Positions 59,580 to 64,000 of a stretch of 64,000 nucleotides of DNA are shown in pieces. Position numbers and translations under genes: made by a program. The stretch comes from an uncultured Verrucomicrobiae bacterium (GTDB taxonomy: Bacteria; Verrucomicrobiota; Verrucomicrobiia; Chthoniobacterales; JAFAMB01). Below the pieces are notes generated by a model. That model saw only the letters and a list, made by a program, of their open reading frames with translations, was not told the origin of the DNA and searched no databases. Within the stretch, counting starts at the first letter, position 1. Each line of letters opens with the position of its first letter. The stretch covers positions 448,001 to 512,000 of the forward strand of contig CAVXLD010000005.1 in the NCBI GenBank assembly GCA_963762565.1. The letters are read 5' to 3'.

Positions 59580-62204
59580 TTATAACCACGACTTGCGCAT
59601 CAGCCACATTTTCACGATTTGAGTAAGGATAACGTAGCAGAGCAGGGTAACGAAAAGAATTGGCCAATACAGCGGTGGCAAATGCGTGAAGCCCAGAACA
59701 GCGGCGAGGGGCGAGTAGGGGAGCCACATGCCAATGCAAATAATCACGAGCGTCGTGATCGTCAGAGGCCAGCTCGCCCGGCCCTGAAGAAAAGGGATTT
59801 TTTTGGTGCGAATCACGTGGATTATCAGGGTTTGCGTGATCAGCGATTCTACGAACCAGCCAGTCTGGAAAACCGGGGCACGGGACGGGTCCCAACAACC
59901 GAACAGGTACAGCATCACAAAGTAAGTTGTATAGTCAAAAATCGAGCTGATCGGGCCGATACAGAGGATAAACTTGGTAATCTGACCAATCTCCCAACGG
60001 CGTGGTTTCGCGGTCTCCTCTAGCCCAACGTTATCGGTCGGAATAGGAACCTGCGAAAAGTCGTAAAGAAGATTGTTGGTGAGCACTTGCAAGGGCGCCA
60101 TCGGCACATAGGGCAGGAAGGCACTGGCGCCAAGAACGCTGAACATGTTGCCGAAGTTGGAACTTGCTCCCATACGAATGTATTTGAGGATATTGACGAA
60201 AACCTTCCTGCCTTCAATCACGCCCTCCTCGAGTACCATCAGGCTCTTCTCCAGCAGAATCACCGTAGCTAATTCCTTCGCGATATCGACGCCGCTATCC
60301 ACAGAAATACCCACATCCGCTACCCGCAGTGCGGGTGCGTCATTGATGCCATCGCCCATAAATCCTACTACGTGCTGTTTCTGCTGTAGAACGCGGATGA
60401 TTCGTTGTTTGTGAGCCGGTGAGACGCGGGCGAAGACGTGGACCCGTTCTGCGCTCACAGCCAGTTCTTCATCTGTCATGGTTTCGACCTGACTTCCCAG
60501 GACTAGTTGATCGACCGGGAGACCGACTTCGTGACAGATCTTTCGCGTCACGAGATCATTGTCACCGGTCAGTACCTTAACGGTAACCCCGATTTTTCTA
60601 AGGGCTGCTATTGCCATTGGGGCTGTCTCTTTGGGTGGATCGAGGAAAGCGACGTAGCCCTTAAGAATCAATTCGGATTCGTCATCCTTGGAATAGGCAG
60701 AGCGCGGCTCGAGATGCTTATAAGCGACAGCTAGAACGCGAAAACCGTCGCTGCTGAGCTCCTGATATTGATTCATTAAATCACCGACGAGGATAGGCTC
60801 CATCGGGTGAATCTTGCCCTCCAATTCGTAGAAACTACAGCGCGGGAAAACCGATTCTGGTGCGCCCTTCGTCAGCAAGCGATGATCTTTCTCGGGCGTC
60901 TCTACGACTACCGACATCATTCGACGAGAGAAATCGAATGGGATCTCATCGATCTTACGGGATTTTTCAATTGGGAACTTTTCATGGACCTCCCGGTACT
61001 TCAGCACGGCGCGGTCGAGCACATTTCTTAGACCTGTCTGAAAATGGGCGATTAGATAGGCGTCGAGTAGAACGTCATCGCTCTCCTTCTGCATCACGTC
61101 GCAAAAGCGTTCGAGAATCACGCGGTCAAGGGTGAGCGTACCGGTTTTGTCCGTGCAAAGCACGTCCATGGCGCCCAGATTTTGGATAGAGTTGAGACGC
61201 TTAACGATTACCTTTTTCTTCGACATCGCTAGCGCACCATTCGATAAGCACACAGAGACGATCATCGGCAGCATCTCCGGGGTTAGCCCAACAGCGACCG
61301 CGATAGAGAAAAAGAAGGCCTCTGCCCAATTATGTTTGGTGAGGCCGTTGATCAGGAAAACCAGTGGCACCATTACCAGGATAAATTGGATCATCAGGAC
61401 GGTGAACCGATGCAGGCCTCTATCGAAACTAGTTGTTGTCTCAGGCCCCAGAATACTGCTGGCCATTCGTCCGAAGTAGGTCTGCCCTCCTGTCGCAACC
61501 ACTACCGCCGTCGCGCTACCGCTCTCGACGCTTGTCCCGAGGAAGCAGACATTGGCTAGTTCCAACGGCGAGACGCCTTCCCTTAGCTCTCGAGCATCGA
61601 GTTTTTCTACCGGCAACGACTCGCCGGTGAGTGCAGCTTGCGCAACGAAAAGGTCTCTTGCCGCAATCAATCGAATGTCCCCGGGGATCATGTCGCCGGC
61701 GCACAGGTTGATGACATCGCCAGGAACCAACTCTTTGAGGGGAATCTCTTCTTCCTGGCCGTCGCGGACGACTGCCGCGGTCACACTGATCATCGCTTTT
61801 AGTTTTGCGGCGGCGGCATCCGCTCGTGACTCCTGCACAAAACGCAACGCCACGCCAAGCATCAACATCAGTGTCATCACAGTGCCGCCGCTGAAATCAC
61901 CTGTAGCGAAGGACACACTTGCCAGGACGGCGAGCAGAATTACCAAGAGGTTGCGCGTCGCTTTGAAAAGCCGCCATAACCAACCCCGCTGCTTCTCCAT
62001 AGCGACAGCGTTGGGCCCATGTTTAATCAGACGTTCTTCCGCTTCGGTCTGAGTCAGGCCGCCTGGCGAAGTCTTCAACTTGGTGAAGACGTCGCCCTTT
62101 TCCCAATACGCTGATTCCGTCAGAATTGGCGAAACGCCAATAGAGGCAGCCATTGGTTTCGTCCTGGGCTGATGATCAGGCGGAATCTGGAGATTTGAAA
62201 TCAT
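59580..62204 (-). CDS. mgtA: Mg2+-importing P-type ATPase
   Basis: TGES, GLTPEMLP, DKTGTLT, KGAPE, GDGINDAP, ASSNFGN, NLLYD, FQTGWFVES. Confidence 0.96.
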   Translation of the reverse strand: MISNLQIPPDHQPRTKPMAASIGVSPILTESAYWEKGDVFTKLKTSPGGLTQTEAEERLIKHGPNAVAMEKQRGWLWRLFKATRNLLVILLAVLASVSFATGDFSGGTVMTLMLMLGVALRFVQESRADAAAAKLKAMISVTAAVVRDGQEEEIPLKELVPGDVINLCAGDMIPGDIRLIAARDLFVAQAALTGESLPVEKLDARELREGVSPLELANVCFLGTSVESGSATAVVVATGGQTYFGRMASSILGPETTTSFDRGLHRFTVLMIQFILVMVPLVFLINGLTKHNWAEAFFFSIAVAVGLTPEMLPMIVSVCLSNGALAMSKKKVIVKRLNSIQNLGAMDVLCTDKTGTLTLDRVILERFCDVMQKESDDVLLDAYLIAHFQTGLRNVLDRAVLKYREVHEKFPIEKSRKIDEIPFDFSRRMMSVVVETPEKDHRLLTKGAPESVFPRCSFYELEGKIHPMEPILVGDLMNQYQELSSDGFRVLAVAYKHLEPRSAYSKDDESELILKGYVAFLDPPKETAPMAIAALRKIGVTVKVLTGDNDLVTRKICHEVGLPVDQLVLGSQVETMTDEELAVSAERVHVFARVSPAHKQRIIRVLQQKQHVVGFMGDGINDAPALRVADVGISVDSGVDIAKELATVILLEKSLMVLEEGVIEGRKVFVNILKYIRMGASSNFGNMFSVLGASAFLPYVPMAPLQVLTNNLLYDFSQVPIPTDNVGLEETAKPRRWEIGQITKFILCIGPISSIFDYTTYFVMLYLFGCWDPSRAPVFQTGWFVESLITQTLIIHVIRTKKIPFLQGRASWPLTITTLVIICIGMWLPYSPLAAVLGFTHLPPLYWPILFVTLLCYVILTQIVKMWLMRKSWL

Positions 62205-62362
62205 TCCCGGTCGCTGTGAGCTCTTCGTCGCTAGTTGGTTTGACGACTCCTTTCGAAGAGTCCGCCTGTAATGTGAGAACCTCAGCCTCGCCTCATCTCA
62301 TCCGGGCCTCCCATATTTTTTTGAACGCCTAACGGGAGCGTTTTGTATATGGCGCAGACCCT

Positions 62363-62412
62363 GGCGACGCGGCGAAAATGGCGAGTGGGCGTGTGGGGGC
62401 GACAGGGCGAAG
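62363..62412 (+). repeat. Degenerate GGCGA tandem repeat
   Basis: Same family as 44985-45028. Confidence 0.55.
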
Positions 62413-62762
62413 GAAAGCCCTCCACCGGTAGGGCGAAAAACTCGGCGCGCCGACGATTCGAATGCCCGCCTCACTGTTCGTGCGGGTTGGCAAAAGTTTC
62501 GGAAGATTGCCGTTCCCCCTGAAGAAAACAACGGATCATAAATAACTTCGATAGTAGACGACGTTGGATTGAAAATGTGCTACCTTGGTTTTGTCAAAGT
62601 CTCGATTCTACGCGGTTCTCTCAAAAGCTGCTCAAGGTAGCCTAGCGTTAAATCCACGCCGATCGAAGTACCGGGAACCGGAACAGCGCAAATCCGCGAA
62701 GGTGTTCGAATTAGCAGAAAGCATTGAAACGGCGTTCTTACGCCTGGAAGGCCCACATATAT

Positions 62763-63056
62763 ATGGAAATCAAAGTAAAACCTCTCGGCGATCGCGTGCT
62801 GATTCAGCCGCTCGAAGAGAAGGAACTCAATAAGGGAGGCATCATCATTCCTGACACGGCGAAAGAGAAGCCTCAGGAAGGCGCGGTCGTCGCTGTCGGC
62901 ACCGGCAAGCTCGACGACAACGGTAAACGGATCGAATTCAACGTCAAAGTCGGCGATAAAGTCCTAATTTCTAAGTACGGCGGTACCGAAATTAAGATCG
63001 ACGGTGAGAACTACCTCATCATGCGCGAGGACGATGTCCTAGGAATCATTGGATAA
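62763..63056 (+). CDS. groES: Co-chaperonin GroES
   Basis: [32 protein letters not shown] 62763. Confidence 0.98.
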   Translation: MEIKVKPLGDRVLIQPLEEKELNKGGIIIPDTAKEKPQEGAVVAVGTGKLDDNGKRIEFNVKVGDKVLISKYGGTEIKIDGENYLIMREDDVLGIIG

Positions 63057-63082
63057 CCCCGAATTTTTAAAACGTAAATTAG

Positions 63083-64000
<918 letters not shown>

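Noticed and set aside
62205..62560. Mg2+ riboswitch or mgtL-type leader upstream of mgtA
   Set aside because: No recognisable M-box or Pro-rich leader by eye. An Rfam/Infernal scan would be needed.
62560..62762. CIRCE element upstream of groES
   Set aside because: TTAGCA at 62711 is not followed by CTC-N9-GAGTGCTAA.

Overview
Bacterial genomic DNA. The groEL N-terminus and repeat types suggest a Verrucomicrobia-like organism, but that is inference only. Left half: a ~30.8 kb block is bracketed by two related ~210-bp direct repeats, each ending in the 3' half of tRNA-Lys(CTT), which look like att scars. The block holds a DUF4038 glycoside hydrolase-like gene, a PPTase, three type I PKS genes, a two-module Gly-Gly NRPS and an ABC exporter. 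The cluster has several oddities: non-colinear gene order, a degenerate AT, a Cys-type thioesterase, a 1448-bp apparently exact internal duplication and an ops-like (RfaH) element in its leader. Middle: a Y1 HUH (RAYT-like) transposase with terminal inverted repeats and a truncated second end flanking an SDR gene. Next comes an sxtJ/sxtK-like/carbamoyltransferase/SGNH operon whose unannotated 49-aa peptide ends in a DltX-like FIYxxF motif, then a stretch of gene fragments (S53 propeptide, PII C-half, NUDIX N-half). Right half: mostly ordinary stress/metabolic genes (desaturase, aldo-keto reductase, GH130+GT4, orphan sufB with a 4x22-bp upstream repeat, transglutaminase, CBS, mgtA, groES, partial groEL) interspersed with REP-like palindromes. 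No CRISPR array, rRNA, intact tRNA or integrase was seen.
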